From positions 260,363-324,362 of the forward strand of contig NMRA01000497.1 of assembly GCA_002633005.1 (NCBI GenBank): 64,000 bases of DNA, in the 5' to 3' direction. Under the pieces are notes generated by a model. That model was not told the origin of the DNA. It searched no databases and saw only the letters and a list, made by a program, of their open reading frames with translations. Of this stretch, positions 1 through 14,092 are shown one piece after another; the stretch's first letter is position 1, and every line of letters begins with the position of its first letter. This DNA comes from Phoronis australis. Its lineage: Eukaryota; Animalia; Phoronida. Made by a program: the position numbers and the translations under genes.

Positions 1-1084
1 TAACACTCTGGAATTTTAGGAATTTATTTGTAGTTTGAACTGGCTGATATGGTTAATGAGTTAAACTGGAGCTCAAAAATCGCTGCAATATTTGTTTGTA
101 ATTGTAAGTATAATTACTGTACAGTACATTAAGTACCTTAATCCGTTATACATGTACACTGTACAGAGTCATAAAAATCGGACCTCCGTCAATCTGATTG
201 ACATATACAAAAGTGAAGTTTAATCCCGTCATCAAACGACCTTCCAAGATGTGGCATTGTGTAACAAAAGGTGTACGATTTTTTAAACACCGGAATACAT
301 AGGTAATCGATTCCATCATTGTGAGCCGCTGTTTTTTTCAATAAAACACAAAATGGGTGACCGCGTGGGTGCAAACGACGGATCCCTTAAAATAGAAAGG
401 TACATTACTTTAATAAAACAGAAAATTATCAGCAATTGGTAGTATTTGTCATGTTCTCGATTTTTAATAAGTGTCTTTTAATTTGTCTCAAGAAAAAACG
501 AAGAACGAGAGTGACATAACGCGCGAGTAGAGAAATATATATGTAATTTTGCATCGAATTTAATTTTAAACAATAGTAGATTAACATGGTCTGAAAAAGC
601 TGCGCTTTAAAAACTTTCTCGACCTTTCGAATTACAAGCACAAAAGATATAGTGCAAATTTCCAAGTGTATTTACGCTATCTGTGCTGCAAGCAATTTAA
701 CCCTCTAACAATGATGTCCTGGCTAGGGCTCCTAAAGGGCAAATCAAGCAATAGTACTTGACAAATGTTCGCTTGAATTTTCTCTCCTCATCTTTCGCTG
801 TCTTCGCCACTACCACCCATTCCACGCATATACCAGTTACCACGGACTAACCCTGACGTCTGAAAAAGTTTTAGGGCGCCCCTGCCCCACCCCCGTTTCT
901 TATGGCCCATTGTAAATGTTTAATTAGGCGGGAAACGTCCCGTGAATGACATCATTTTCATTGTTGGGCTATAGAATCGAACAAGTTTGGAGCCGTGAAA
1001 GAATGAAATACAAGCGAAGAAGTCCACCATTCACGGAAACTCTTGATGGATTTCATCGTGAGGTTGCCCAATATGCCTGGATAC

Positions 1085-4000
1085 TTTTTATATTACTTGA
1101 TTTATTATTATGTTGATTGTGTGTCGTGTTTGTTAAATTACTTGTTTTCAGGTTTGTGTGCTGCGTATATCACTGGACTTGTTATCGTGAATTTTGTGTC
1201 GTATATATAGTTTGATTTGTTATCTTGTATATTGCGTGGAGTATTTCAATTTACTTGTTATCATGTATAATGTCTGCCGTGTATAATAATTGACTTGTAA
1301 CCGTGTATTATTGACTTAATTTTCAGTGCTGTCATGTATAATATGTGTCGTGTCTATTAATTGACTTGTAATAACGTTTACTGTGTGTCTTGTTGACTTT
1401 TTATCATCTTTATTGTATATCTTGCTTATTTACTGACCTGTTTTCATGATGATCCAATGTCGTGCATATTAAATGAATTGTCATCATCTACATTGTGTCC
1501 CTTGTAAATTTAATTTATTGTTATGATGTTTATTGTGTGTCGTGTTTAGTCTTTGACTTGTTATCATGTTTGTTATGTCTCGTGTATAGTAATTGACTTG
1601 TTATCATGTTTAATGTTTTCGTGTGTGTTAATTGACTGGTTGTCATGTTTATGGTGTCTCGTGCTTGATAATTCAATCTTTTGAATGTTTATTGTGTGTC
1701 TTGTTTATTAAATCACCTGTTTTCATGTTGATTGTGTGTCGTGCATATTAATGGATTTTTTATCACGTTCATTTCGTATCCTGTACATTTATTTTCATGT
1801 TCATTATTTGATTAGTCACATTTACTGTGTGTTGTGTACATAAATTGACTTATTATCATTTCCATTGATTGAATTTCTATCATGTTCATTTTGTGTCGTG
1901 TATAACAATTCAATCTTTATCATGGTTATTGCTTGTCTTGTTTAGTAATTGACCTGTTTGATTTTGATTGTGTGTCGTGCGTGTTAAATGATTGTTATTA
2001 TGTTGATTGTTCGTCATGTACATTAATTGACTTATCGTGTTCATTGTTTTTGGTGTAAATGAATTGACTTGTTATCATGTTTATTGTTTTCGTGTTTATT
2101 ACATGACTTGTAAATTGTGAGTCGTGTTTGTTAATCGAATCTTTATACTATTTATTGTGTGTCTTGTTTATTACTTCACTTGTTTCCATGTTGATTACAT
2201 GCCGTGCATATTAATGGATTCTATCATATTGATTGTGTGTCCTGTACATTAATTTACATTTGAACATGTTTGTTGTGCGTCGTGTATATTATTTGACCTG
2301 TCATGTTTACTGTGTGTCGATAACATTAATTGACTTATGAATTATGTTCATTGTTTTTCAAGTATATTGATTGAATTTTTATCATGTTCATATTGTGTCG
2401 TGTATATAAATTGACTTGATATTATGTTGATTGTGTGTCATATACCACAGTTGTCTTGTTTATTATTTTTCTGTTTGTATTAATAGAGCTGTTATCATGT
2501 GTATTTTCTGTCGTGTTTGTAAATTGACATATTAATTGTATGTCGTGTATATTAATTGACATTTTGTCATATTTATTGTGTGTCGTATTATTTGATTTGT
2601 CATGTTTACTCTGTGTCGGGAATGTTAATTGACTTGTTAGAAAATTCATTTTTTGGTGTCTAGTGATTGATATCTGATCATGTTCATTGTGTTTCGTGTA
2701 TCTTAATTGACTTGATATCATGTTTATTAAGTGTCGTGTGTAATAATTTATTGTGTCGTGTATATTAATTGACTTTTGATCATGTTCATTGTTTTCGTGT
2801 GTATTAATTGTTATATTTTTGTGTGTCGTGCATACTATTTGGTTGCTGTCGTGTTCATTGTGTGTCCTGTACACTAAATTACATTTGATTACGTTTATTA
2901 TGTGTCGTGTATGTTTACTTGACTTCTTATTATGTTCATTGTTTGATTTTGAGTATGTGCTGTGTCAGGTATATTAATTGACTTGTTTAATGTTTCGTTT
3001 ATTGTATGGCTTGTAAATTAATTGACTTGTTTTATGTTAATTGTCGAGCATATTAACTGCCTTGTCATAATGTATATTGTGTTCCGTGTGTAATTATTTA
3101 CCTGTTATGATGTTTTTCATGTGTTGTGTTTATTATTTGACTTGATATCATGTTTAATATGTCTCATGTAAAGTAAATGACTTGTTATCATATTTATTGG
3201 GTGTCGTGTATAATAATTGATTTTTATTGTGTGTCGTGTATATTAATTGATTTTTATAATGTTTATTGTTTTTGTGCATTAGTTTTTACCATATTGATTG
3301 TGTGTCGAGTTTAATAATTAAGTGTTTTCATTTTTATTATTTGTCGTGAATATTAATTGACTTGTTATTATTTTTCATTTCGTGTCGCCTATACAGATTG
3401 TGTTTTTGTCATTTTTATTGTGCGTCTTTTATATTGACTTCCTATGTTGAAAACTGTGTGCCGCGTATATCAATTAATATTTCTCTATGAGATTTACATG
3501 TAGAAGACTACAGACGGCGGCTGCAAGAACATGAAATAGGTAAGACGGCGGCTGCAAGAACATGAAATAGGTAAAACATTGAGTGGCCTAAATTGTCAGT
3601 GTTACCATGTACTTCGTATTTATTAGTTGTCTTGTTATCATGTATATTGCATGGTGTATTTTAATTGACTTGCTATCATGTATACTGTGTTCCACGTACT
3701 TCAATTGACTTATTCCTCTTTCAGATTAAGAAGACTAGAGATGGTGGCCGTCAGGACATCAAACAGGTCAAGTATTCAGTTGAAATGATTTGTGAGTACT
3801 ATCATGTGTCGTGTCTATAAATTGAATTGTTATCATGTTTACTGTTTGTCGTGTGTATTGAATAAATTGTTAATCATATTTGTTTTGTGTCACGTATAGT
3901 AACTGGCTTGTCGTGCTTACTGTCTGTCGTGTATCTTAATTGACTCGTCATCTTTAATGTGTGTCGTGTATATTAAATGACATGTTATCATATATTTTGT

Positions 4001-5372
4001 GTGTCGTGTAAAATGATTGATTTTGTCCTCTTTAAGTTTAAGAAGATGACAGACGGCGGCCGCCAGGACATCAAATAGGTGAAGTATTCAATTAATTAAA
4101 TTGTCAGTGTTCACATTTATATCATATGCCGTGTCCATTAATTGACTTCTTACCATGTTTACTGTATTTCGAGTACATTAAATAACCTGTTCACAGGTTT
4201 ATTGTAGGTCTTGTTTTTTAATTGACCTGTTTTCTTTTTGATTGTTTGCCGTGCACATTAAATGAGTTGTTGTCAATTTTATTGTGTCCCGTAAAACTTA
4301 ATCTCTTTGTTATCATGATTATTGAGTGTCGTGTACATTAATTGCCTTGTTATCATGTTCATTACGTGCCATGTATATCAATTGATTTATTAATATTTTA
4401 ATCATGTGTCGTGTTCATTAATTGACTTGTTATCATGTTTATTTTGTGTCGTGAATATTATTTGACTTGTTATTATATTTATAGTGTGTCATTTATATGA
4501 ATTGATGTGTTATCATGTTCATTGTTTGTCGTTTATATTGACTTCGTATCTTGTTATTGTGTGGCGTGTATGTCAACTTATGTTCCTCTTCAGATTAGGA
4601 AGACTACAGGCGGCGGCCGCCAACCCTAGAAATAGGTAAAGTATCCAATGGCTTAAATTGTCAGTGTTATCATGTATATTTTTTCGTGTATATTATTTGA
4701 CTTGTTATCATAAATAATGTGTCGTGTATATTATTTGATTTGTTTTCATTTATATTGTGTTATCTATTTTCATTGACTTGTTATCATGTAGGTTATATAT
4801 AGTGTATATTATTTGACTTGACGACAGACGGCGGCCGCCTGGAAATGAAATGTGTGAGGTATTCAATTAGTTAAATTGTCAGTATTATCATGAATACTAT
4901 GTACCGTGTATACTAATTGATTTGTTGTCATGTTCATTCTGCGTCGTGTATATTAATTGTCCCGTTATCATGTTTATTGCGTCATGTGCATTAGTTATCT
5001 GATCATGTCTCTTATGTGTCGGATGTATTAATTATGTTATCATGTTGATGATGTGTGGTGTGTATCAATTGGCCTGACAGCATGTTTATTTTGTGTCGAG
5101 TATATTAATTGACTTATCATTTTTGCTTGTCGTGTTGATGAATTGACTTGTGTTCATGTTTATTGTATTTCTTGTATAATAACTGGCTTATTATCATGTT
5201 CATTGTGTAACTCTAAATAGGTCAAGCTTTCAATAGCTTAAATTGTCAGTATTATCATGTATATGTTGTGCCGTATATAATATTTGACTTGTTATCATGT
5301 ATATTGTGTGCCGTGTATGTTGAGTGACGTGTTGTCATGTATACTGTGTTGCGTGTATATTAATTGACTTAT
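1085..5372. repeat. Degenerate tandem satellite, ~40-bp unit (approximate consensus GTGTGTCGTGTATATTAATTGACTTGTTATCATGTTTATT), roughly 100 copies
   Basis: Variants of tgtcgtgta..taattgacttgttatcatg recur every ~40 nt from ~1085 to ~5372. The + strand is strongly T/G-biased. Boundaries are approximate. Confidence 0.9.
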
Positions 5373-5425
5373 TGCTGTTTAAGCTTAAGAAGACAAGAGA
5401 CTGCGGCACCTGCGACACAAAGTAG
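3492..5425 (+). repeat. Dispersed 42-nt exon-like cassettes embedded in the satellite
   Basis: Full-length copies at 3725-3766, 4037-4078, 4594-4635 and 5384-5425; partial or altered copies near 3492-3571, 4820-4855 and 5215. Each full copy follows a pyrimidine tract plus AG and ends AG|GT (AG|GC for the last). Copies other than the last are followed by a shared (aatt)gtcagt-type flank. Confidence 0.75.
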
Positions 5426-6179
5426 GCCAAGATGTAGGGAAAAGATTTTCTCTTCCCAGAGAAAATATCAGTGAGAGTTTATCTTTTGTCATGCGCACGT
5501 GTTTCGTCACCTCAGAAACACGTTGCGTGTTTTACTATAATCACGTACTATACCCTTGATTGAAATTGTATGCTTTTTGGTCCATTTGATGTATTGTACT
5601 TACTATGGAAAGGTATTCTGCGCCTGTGAATTTGATATCAATCAAAACGAATAACATTTCTGGTTTTAGCCTGTTTAGCTGCCACTTCACTAAACTGAAA
5701 AACATTGGGTCAGGTTTGATAGTATTTATGCTTGGAAAGCCTTCAAAAATATAACTCTTTCCTTTGGAAACAATACGAAATACATTCGAAGTTAAATTGT
5801 CTTTATATTTCTGCTAATGTACTTTGTGAGAGATTTTTACCGTGACCTTTTTGCAGTGTGTGTTGTAATAAATTGAGGTGGGTGATTGTTAAGTTACTTA
5901 AAGTTGCTGAACTCTGGTTTCTTTGGAAAATATAGAAATATTACCAAAAGGTCGGGTGTAACTCAGTCTTCTAACAATGATAGAGGGAAAACATATAACC
6001 AGTCTTAAGAAAAGCCGTTGTCAGAGAACGGCTTTTAAATTTTTCGAACACAAGACTGAAGTGGTAAATAACAAAGGACGCAGCAACTTTAAATCCAAAA
6101 TTTGATACTCACGTTTGAGCACATTGACTCACTACCAAAACAACTGTTGAATTGCAAACTAACTATTGAACAATCACCC

Positions 6180-6247
6180 GGTGTCATGATACAAGGTAGC
6201 AGGCATGTCTTTGACATGAGGTTCTGGGTTCAAGTCCCAGTGACCCC
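6180..6247 (+). pseudogene. tRNA-like sequence (Gln-like tRNA pseudogene or SINE head)
   Basis: Perfect T-arm CTGGG-TTCAAGT-CCCAG, a CATGTC-TTT-GACATG hairpin and an imperfect GGTGTCA/TGACCCC acceptor stem. The 5' end resembles eukaryotic tRNA-Gln. D-arm and anticodon loop are non-canonical. Confidence 0.5.
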
Positions 6248-9200
6248 TACATTCCGATAGAAAGTTTGCTTTCAACATCCAGAGCCTGTTTTGAATACTA
6301 AGCAGAAGACACAAGTCTATGATATACTACTGGATGATGTGAATCGGTAATACCATCATTTTCGAATGTTTTTCAAAATTAGTCACCGAATGGTCACTTC
6401 ATTGCTTAATACGCATGATTTCTCACATAGGTGCGCTGCTAAAACTTAACATATGCGTTATTTATCTCTTCCAGTAGCATTGGTTTAGCCATTAAACAAG
6501 AACTGACTGCGAATGGCCATCTCTCCACTGTGCTTCAAGGTGACTTCCTTGAAACCTCCAAAGACTATTCTCTCAGCCGAATAACGAGCAAAAGCCCACA
6601 ATAATTCTCACTTTTGTTGACACGGAATGTCTTAATGTGATTTCGAAATTATACCAAGCAACTAGAGTATTTTTGCAAATAACTTGACGGTGCTTTCTTG
6701 GGTCAGGACACGAAAAATACGTTATTTTTACACTGTATAATTTACTAAAATTTCTCATAGCAAACTTGTGTTGGTTCGTTTGGTGAACTTATCCAACTCG
6801 ATGCGTATTGTTTTTTTAATAGTTCTGCTATTTACTTTTGTCACTATAAAGGTAATGTAGTTCATTTTGTATTGTATTGTGCCATACCATTGTGCCATAC
6901 GAGCACACTTAATCTGTTCTTGCAAAGGTCTTGGGTCTGAGCTGGGAACCAATACCTTGGTCTATATTCACAAAACACATAAATCCGAAACCACCTTAAC
7001 TCCCATTGAAGACTCGTCGCCTATCCTTGGCACCACCTTATATTCGAAGTATTGGAAAAGCCTGTCGCGATGTGCAGTAACTTATAAAAACGTATACTTA
7101 ATGTTAAAATTGTAATTGTTTATTTGAAGATTAATAAAATTGCTATTGAGTTTGTGATTATGTTTGTTATTTTATCATTGTGATTGGGTATAATTGTATA
7201 TGCAGCACAGGAAACAGTGACTCGGTGACGAGGTCTACTGCACATGTGGGGATATTTTCTTGGGTACGTAATGGGTAGCCGTTTATTGTTGAAAGCATGT
7301 ATGCAAATGGCAGTACTGCCAAGAAAACTCTGTTTCTATGCATAATATATCCTGCGTATGAATGTATAACGTCACAATCATGCCCGCTATGAAACCGTTA
7401 TTAATAATTATTGTGACATCGTTATAAACTACAATTACATGGTCTCCTACGTTTATTTTATTCATGTTAAAGACAATTTCCACCATTTTAAATGGTTGGG
7501 AAATCGCATGCCACTTTTCTTTTTGCAAATGTGGCCCCAGTTCACATCTCGCACAAAAATTCTCAGTAATCGTTATTTATCCTATACGCGTGAGAGTATG
7601 ACCATGAAATACGGGTCTTATTGTGAGGTTTGATATGGAAGACCTACATGTACTTTTCCGTATTCAACGCGCGTTGAATATGGTTTTTCCGTATTCAACG
7701 AGCGTTTAATATGGATGCCTTCTTTCTCGCCAAAATTCCATCCTGAACACACAATACACTAAAGTTGGTAGAAACATGACTATGTATATAGCATCACTTT
7801 GGATTCAGCTCCGTGCGCAATATTTTCAAATGCCAATACTAAGATATGAGTTAAATAAAAATATCGTTAACAATGTTTCTTAATATACCGTGAAATTTTG
7901 TCCCTAAGTGGAACACTTAAATCACAAAAAGTATCGAACTTGCAACAATATATTTGGGATTAGGAAAACAACATATATTACAAAGGGGAAACTTCCTTTT
8001 GGTCACTTATTGCACTACACAAGTTGAGGTTCTTTACGGTCAAATATGAGTCAATTCGTTCTCAAAACAATCAAAATACGTCGAGCTCAAAAGCAAAATT
8101 GCAACTTCAGTAAACACTGTATTTTTGTCAATTTTGCGACAAATTTCTGAATACTTTCTACCTAAAAATGATAAGAACCGGGCGCAAGGAGCATTTTTAA
8201 AAAGCGTCTGAACGTGCATCAGCCAAAACGTCTGGGTGTCCTGCACAGATATCACTCAACGAATTCAAGAAAAATCGTCAGAAATGTAAGCAAACTTTAA
8301 CTTAGAAATAGATTTAGCTCAGACTCTGACGAAAATACCGAAATTAGTAGATGTGCACCCCAAGCTTGTAGCTGCTGTCAAATACAACTTGATTGCCGTG
8401 TCATGCAGGCTGCAAAAATTCATTCATAAAATTTTTGCGTGCACGTACATGTATACGTGTCCCACGAACTGAAACCACTGGTATAAACACGTACGTTGTA
8501 TAACCTATACATATAAGTTCCGCGTCATTTTAGCAGATAAGGCATTTGATTATTTGATTGATTGAGGTAATCCTTACAGAGGGCGCTAGTGTACATGTGT
8601 AGTTACTTTAAATTAACCTGGTCAGTCATGTCAAATAAATGGAAGAAAAGAAGAGGTTTACCTTAACGATTATTTATATTCCCTCAAACTTAACTCCAAG
8701 TGACTCAATCAGTGGACAAAGGTCATCGGGTTCAGTTTTTATCTCGGCCTTCTCTTTCTGGTCCTCTTGCAATGCGTGTACACTTGTCTTTTCTTTTTTG
8801 TATCATGTACATGTGTCTAAAGTGACTTATAAGCCCGGTGGAGGGCTGGGTGTTCCTAGTCTTTGTAACGTATTCATTGTTTAAATTCATTTGAACACAT
8901 GTCACTGTAATAAAAATTACTTACTTACTTACTTACTGACTTACTTATACTGACAGCGAAATACATCCAGAAAATCTCTTGTTGTCATTTGAAAGAGCTT
9001 AGACTTGATTTTTATAACAATATAAAGCAGAATAATTCTTGCTCAAATTTTTCTTCAACTGGTCTGTAAACTCTGCTCGTCCTTTCCAAATTAGACAATT
9101 TTGCAAGACAATTTCCAATAAAATGTGAAAGTGAGGCAAGATTTGTTATTGCTCAGTCATCAAGATTAACTCTTTAACTATATGTTCTAAAAGTCATACA

Positions 9201-12200
9201 AGGCTGGAAGGTGCAATAGGGCGGTAAGAAGGTCACTATATACTGCAACCAAAACTAGCCACAAAAAGTGGTCTATAGATTATCTTCCCTCTCTTGCACA
9301 AAACTGTCAGATTTTAATAAATGGCACAGAATTATGCACAGTATACGTTGATTATTCCAGCCACCAATGTATAAACTTCAATCTATTTTGTAAGTTACTT
9401 ATTCTCGTTGTTGAAAACATACAATTTTGAAGACGGATAATATCCCTTCTGTGCCAATTTCCGGTCTCTTGCTCCAGCGGCGAAACTAGAGATCATTGGG
9501 TACTCAAAATTTGGCATTTATATTTTTGTTAGGATACCTATCCATGTACCAAAAGTGAAGTTGTTTTGAACTTTGATGTATAGACTAATTTTTTAAAATA
9601 TACTGGTTTTTGTATGGACTGTTTCTTAAATTTGCAAGTTCGCTAGTCTAGATGACGTCAAACATGCAGTAACTGAATAAGAAGCAAAGCGTAAAAACAA
9701 ATGGTTATCATTTGAAATTTAGAATCTGTGTGTTTTGCGTACCCGATGGGTCCACCGTCGGCGTGTCCGCATGACGTACATCTCCAGTGGCTTGATGACA
9801 TCTGTGACGTAGGCTTGTGGGTTGGCACAAACTCATTCCTGTGATTTGATTGACAACTTTCAGTCTAACATTTCTCATGTCATTGTTCACCTCAACTGTC
9901 TCCTCTTACATTTTCACAATTCTTTCCATGGTGTTTCGGTTCACTATGGATGTCTACAACCTACATTACAAGAAAACATAATCAGAAAAAATACCGTTAC
10001 TTGTAATAACCATTGGGATGGCAAAACTCTAATTACAAAAATGACTAAATCATGCCAAATGACGTCGTATGGAGGTCGTAAACTACATGTATTATTTAAC
10101 TTGCAAGATCAAGACGACGGGCACCCTGTTTTCCTTTGTTGCGTCTTTGTTGAATATAACAATACAGGGGGCGCAAATATCTTACCTTGGGCGCACAACA
10201 GCCAGTTACCGAAAAATACTTACCATTATCTTTATTGTAAGAAATAGAAACAAAGTGATCAGCGGATATGCCTATCTACCGAAATCTATGCGACGAGCTT
10301 GCGACTTAGTTTCCCGTGGGTTCATAATTCCCCTTCACGTCTTGGTCACGAGGGAAAACTACTCTGACGATGACTTCAGCTTTCACCTACATGTAGCTGT
10401 TAAAACGGGAATTCTCGGTAATTTTCCTATTAATGCTTTGACTTGCACTGTAATACAGCGTTTTCCTACAGCCTCAGCCCTTTTACACCCGTATACGTGA
10501 AGGAAAACTTACATCGCGTTCGTAAAGCCTTGTCTTGTCAAAATTACTCCATGCAATTAGCAGCAAAGTCGACACAAGAAACGGTTGCCAGTAAAGAGGC
10601 GATTCTTCTTGAACTATTGCATCGAATCTGGTTAGCTCTGACGCTCGGGTATCTATTCCTGTGGTATTACTTTTGAAACTATCTCGCAAACGGCAAGTAT
10701 GGAAGTATTAAGAGAGATTGACGTTCAGGCTTTTGGAAATTCATAGTTTAAAACGACCTACAGTATTTTTCGAAGTGAGCCGATATAGTCTGATTGACAA
10801 AAATGAACCCTGCAATGTCGTTTACTGTAAAGTTGTTTTGGGAATTTATTACTTGTTATTTAGCAATTCAAGATGGCTGCATTCGCCATCTTGAATGCCG
10901 CACAATTTCCGTCTTCGGAACATGATGGCTTGTAAAATCCGGCAGTGAAGCGACTTTCTGGTATTATTTTATGAATGCAAGTTCAAACTCAATGTCAGCT
11001 GAGAGACCAATTTAAAATTGAACTGAAATACGGAAAATCCGCCTCTTTTGGAGGACGAAATGTTAAATTTATGAGACATACTAAAAAACATATTTGTGTT
11101 TCTTCTGTGATCCCATGATATAAGAATAAGGTATAACTAAATACTGGAATTCGATATCGTCTCAAAATGTCAATAACCGAAGTCACAATACTACGTGTTC
11201 TTTGACCACATTGTTGGTTTGTTATATTACTGCAAATGAAATGTTAAATACTGGACCCTCATCTTACCAACGTCTGAATAAATGAAGTTTTAATATTGAG
11301 TGTCTCGCCTCAGTATTAAAACAAGCATAATGTACCTACATTTATGTATTCATAGGTTGTTACGATACTGAGTAGTAATTTATATTAAATTTTAACATGC
11401 ATAAACATGTAGAACGATTAAGTTCATTGCACAAGTTTGAACGTGAAGTTATATATTTTAAATTTTAATATACATGTACATGTATTAATCAGAGATGCTT
11501 ACTTAGCCGTCATTTACTTCTACTTGTCGTTCACCTTCTTCAGTGTCTACCTATTTGCTGGTGCGCTTTATGCAGCTGAACACCCCTACCTTTCACTTGT
11601 AATAGTCCGTGGAGGACAGGCTAGCTCTGCTGCAACTGCACCGTCTGTCGCTACATGCATGTCTTTCTGAATTGCTGCTGCAACTGGGTCAATTCGAGCT
11701 TGTCACTTCTGAAGTGGTCAGTAACACTACAGTTCGCCCAAAGTGAAAGTGGTCAGGAGCATCGTTCAGTGTTTGACAACTCTTCTGTGGATACATTGGT
11801 GCAGTAAGTAGAATACACACGCAGTTTTCCGAAGCTGAAAGTAGGTAGCACAGAACTCTCGCAATACATTGCTGGGCCGTAGTCAAGATTGTGCGGGGGT
11901 TGGTTCGAATTTCTAGAATGGGGCACCTTTGATATTATGCAAACGTCGACACTGTAGAGTTTTCGGTAAGCACCTTGACGCAGCTTAATTAGGGGGAAGC
12001 AAAATTTATATACAGAACGATGACTCTCAGCTCTGTGTTACTGAGATAAGACGGAATTGGTAATACCAGAAATGAGGATGCCGTGACGGTTGCTTTTGTA
12101 ACGAAAAGGAGTCATATTGGGATGTGATGTGTTCCAGAAAGACAACGTTCTGGCGTTACACCCTGTCAAACTTTCAAATCAGGTGTGCTTGCATACTCAG

Positions 12201-13192
12201 ACGGAAATATTTAGTCGGAAAATGACTAGAGTTCGTTATCTGATTGTATTTTGAGTGCTACTTTAGTTGCTTACATCGTTGGAAATGGGAACAGACCACT
12301 ATTCCTAAGATTCACTATATATTATGAATGTTTTACTATTTCGAAGGTTCAGTATTCCAAATGTTCACTACTCCGAAAATATCTAAAATTTCGGTCTCAG
12401 GTGTAATTTTTAAACTTTTGCATAGAACAATAAACGATACTTCGGTTATTAGATGCACTTTGTCGTCTACCTTTACCTAAAACAACGCCCGGATTTCATG
12501 CGCATGCGAAATTGCCCGTATGTGTTACGAATACGGAAAATGAGTACGTATATGCATTATAAAAGAATATGAAGTGGGAATAATGACACGAGTTGCCAAT
12601 CACGATACATTCATCAAATTCATATCAAAGTTGCATCATTTCACAGCTAGACTAGTGAAAAGTTTAGGGTCAATACGACTCAACCACACTAACCATCTTT
12701 GTTGTTGTTGTCCATCTACAATGTACATAGAGTCCGGGGGTTCCATGGAACCCCGCACCCCCCGGCTACAGGCCTCACGATTGTTGAGCTCTGGAATGTT
12801 CATTTTTAGGAGTATAGGGGGTGTCACATTTCCCTTTCCAAAGGTGTAAAACAGTGTCGCGGGCAACATAACATTGCATGAATTCCCAAAAGGTGGCTGC
12901 ATTTTCTGCGACCCAACCTCTGAACTGTTCCATTGTGTCCAAATTACTTTGAATCTTGATGTTAATTCACATCTTTGGTGTCTCATAAAGCAAGACCATG
13001 AGAACGTCAGTGTTGTCACAGAGAATTATGATAGTGTGGGCGCCTTCTTTAACCGCTTTCAGCATTTACATGTACCTACAAATTCTGACGTCTGCTTCAG
13101 CGTGGGTAACTACATCGGCACAGTGCCTCTTCTTGGTGCGCTCGATGTTTCGCAGAAAGGGATGGCTGCACGTAAATAGACGGTTGCTGAAC

Positions 13193-13328
13193 CATGGGCA
13201 CTCTAATAAGTGGGGGGCTATAGCCCCTGAGTCCCCATCGGGTGACCCGCCCATGTCCGTGGGCGGTGCAGCAGTGAAATAAGCGGGGGGCTGTAGCCCC
13301 CATCCCCCTATGGTACGTCGCCCATATG
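13193..13328. mobile_element. Pair of ~65-70 bp GC-rich mini-MITEs (CATGGGCGG...CCGCCCATG type)
   Basis: Two adjacent units with catggg/cccatg-like ends and a ggggctrtagcccc core. The same family occurs in the opposite orientation, also as pairs, at ~45723-45844 and ~59866-59995. Confidence 0.65.
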
Positions 13329-14092
13329 TAACATAGTGTAGTTTAGAATAGTTTCTTGGAGTTGTCAAAGTGTCCTTAGCTTTTTTTCACGCACTCCCAT
13401 GGCTCTTTGCTTGGGGTTCATTGGGGTCATAGTTTTTAACAGAATCATTCTCTTACAAGCGTGAGGATAGGGAGCCGGTCGCGTGCAGAAGCTTGCAGCC
13501 TACTCTCCTGTAGATCCAGACACATTCCATATGACCTGATGCACATCTGGCCAATATCAATCAACACCACGTGTGAAACAGAATGATTCATGACACTTAG
13601 AGATTTGACCGAAATGGCCTTGTCTCACTTCCTCAGGTGGTCATATTCGTTGATCAGGCCTGTAGGAAGGGGAATCGATAAGCTCATACCGAAAGACATC
13701 AGCTGTGTCAATACTGAGTTGATGGACTGCGGCTAACGGGCACCTAAAAAGCGTCTCAACGCCATAGATGGTCTTCCCGGCTCTTGGAAGGCTAGCTTCA
13801 ACTTCATTGTTTTGACTTTTTCGATTGCTTTCGAACATTCACTACTCATAAAAACTAAAATCTGACTGTTCTGCTTCCTCCCATTGACGGATTTGCTTTG
13901 AAAAATCACTATGTCTGTAACTTCCTGGGTATTACAGATGTTGTAGAGACATGGCGGCTGCTCGGTGAGGGTATGTCTGGGCTTATCTATAGCTACCTTT
14001 ATCTAGTCGTCCTCGGCCAATTGTCTTCTTTCCTCCTTCTGTTACCCTTTCCCCTTTCTACTCCACTACGTGACTTTAGAACTGCCTCCCGT

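Noticed and set aside
2422-2977. 150-aa and 62-aa ORFs in the satellite
   Set aside because: They are translations of the low-complexity repeat.
1085-5425. CRISPR-like array (repeats with interspersed unique-looking segments)
   Set aside because: Repeats are contiguous and degenerate with no unique spacers, there are no cas genes, and the context is eukaryotic.
7283-7528. VGDHVIVVY... resembling the C-terminus of some invertebrate transposases
   Set aside because: The match is too short and degenerate to support a call.
9822-10689. Cluster of 140-aa overlapping ORFs
   Set aside because: No recognisable motifs or consistent splice structure; could not be tied to the missing first exon of the FN2 gene.
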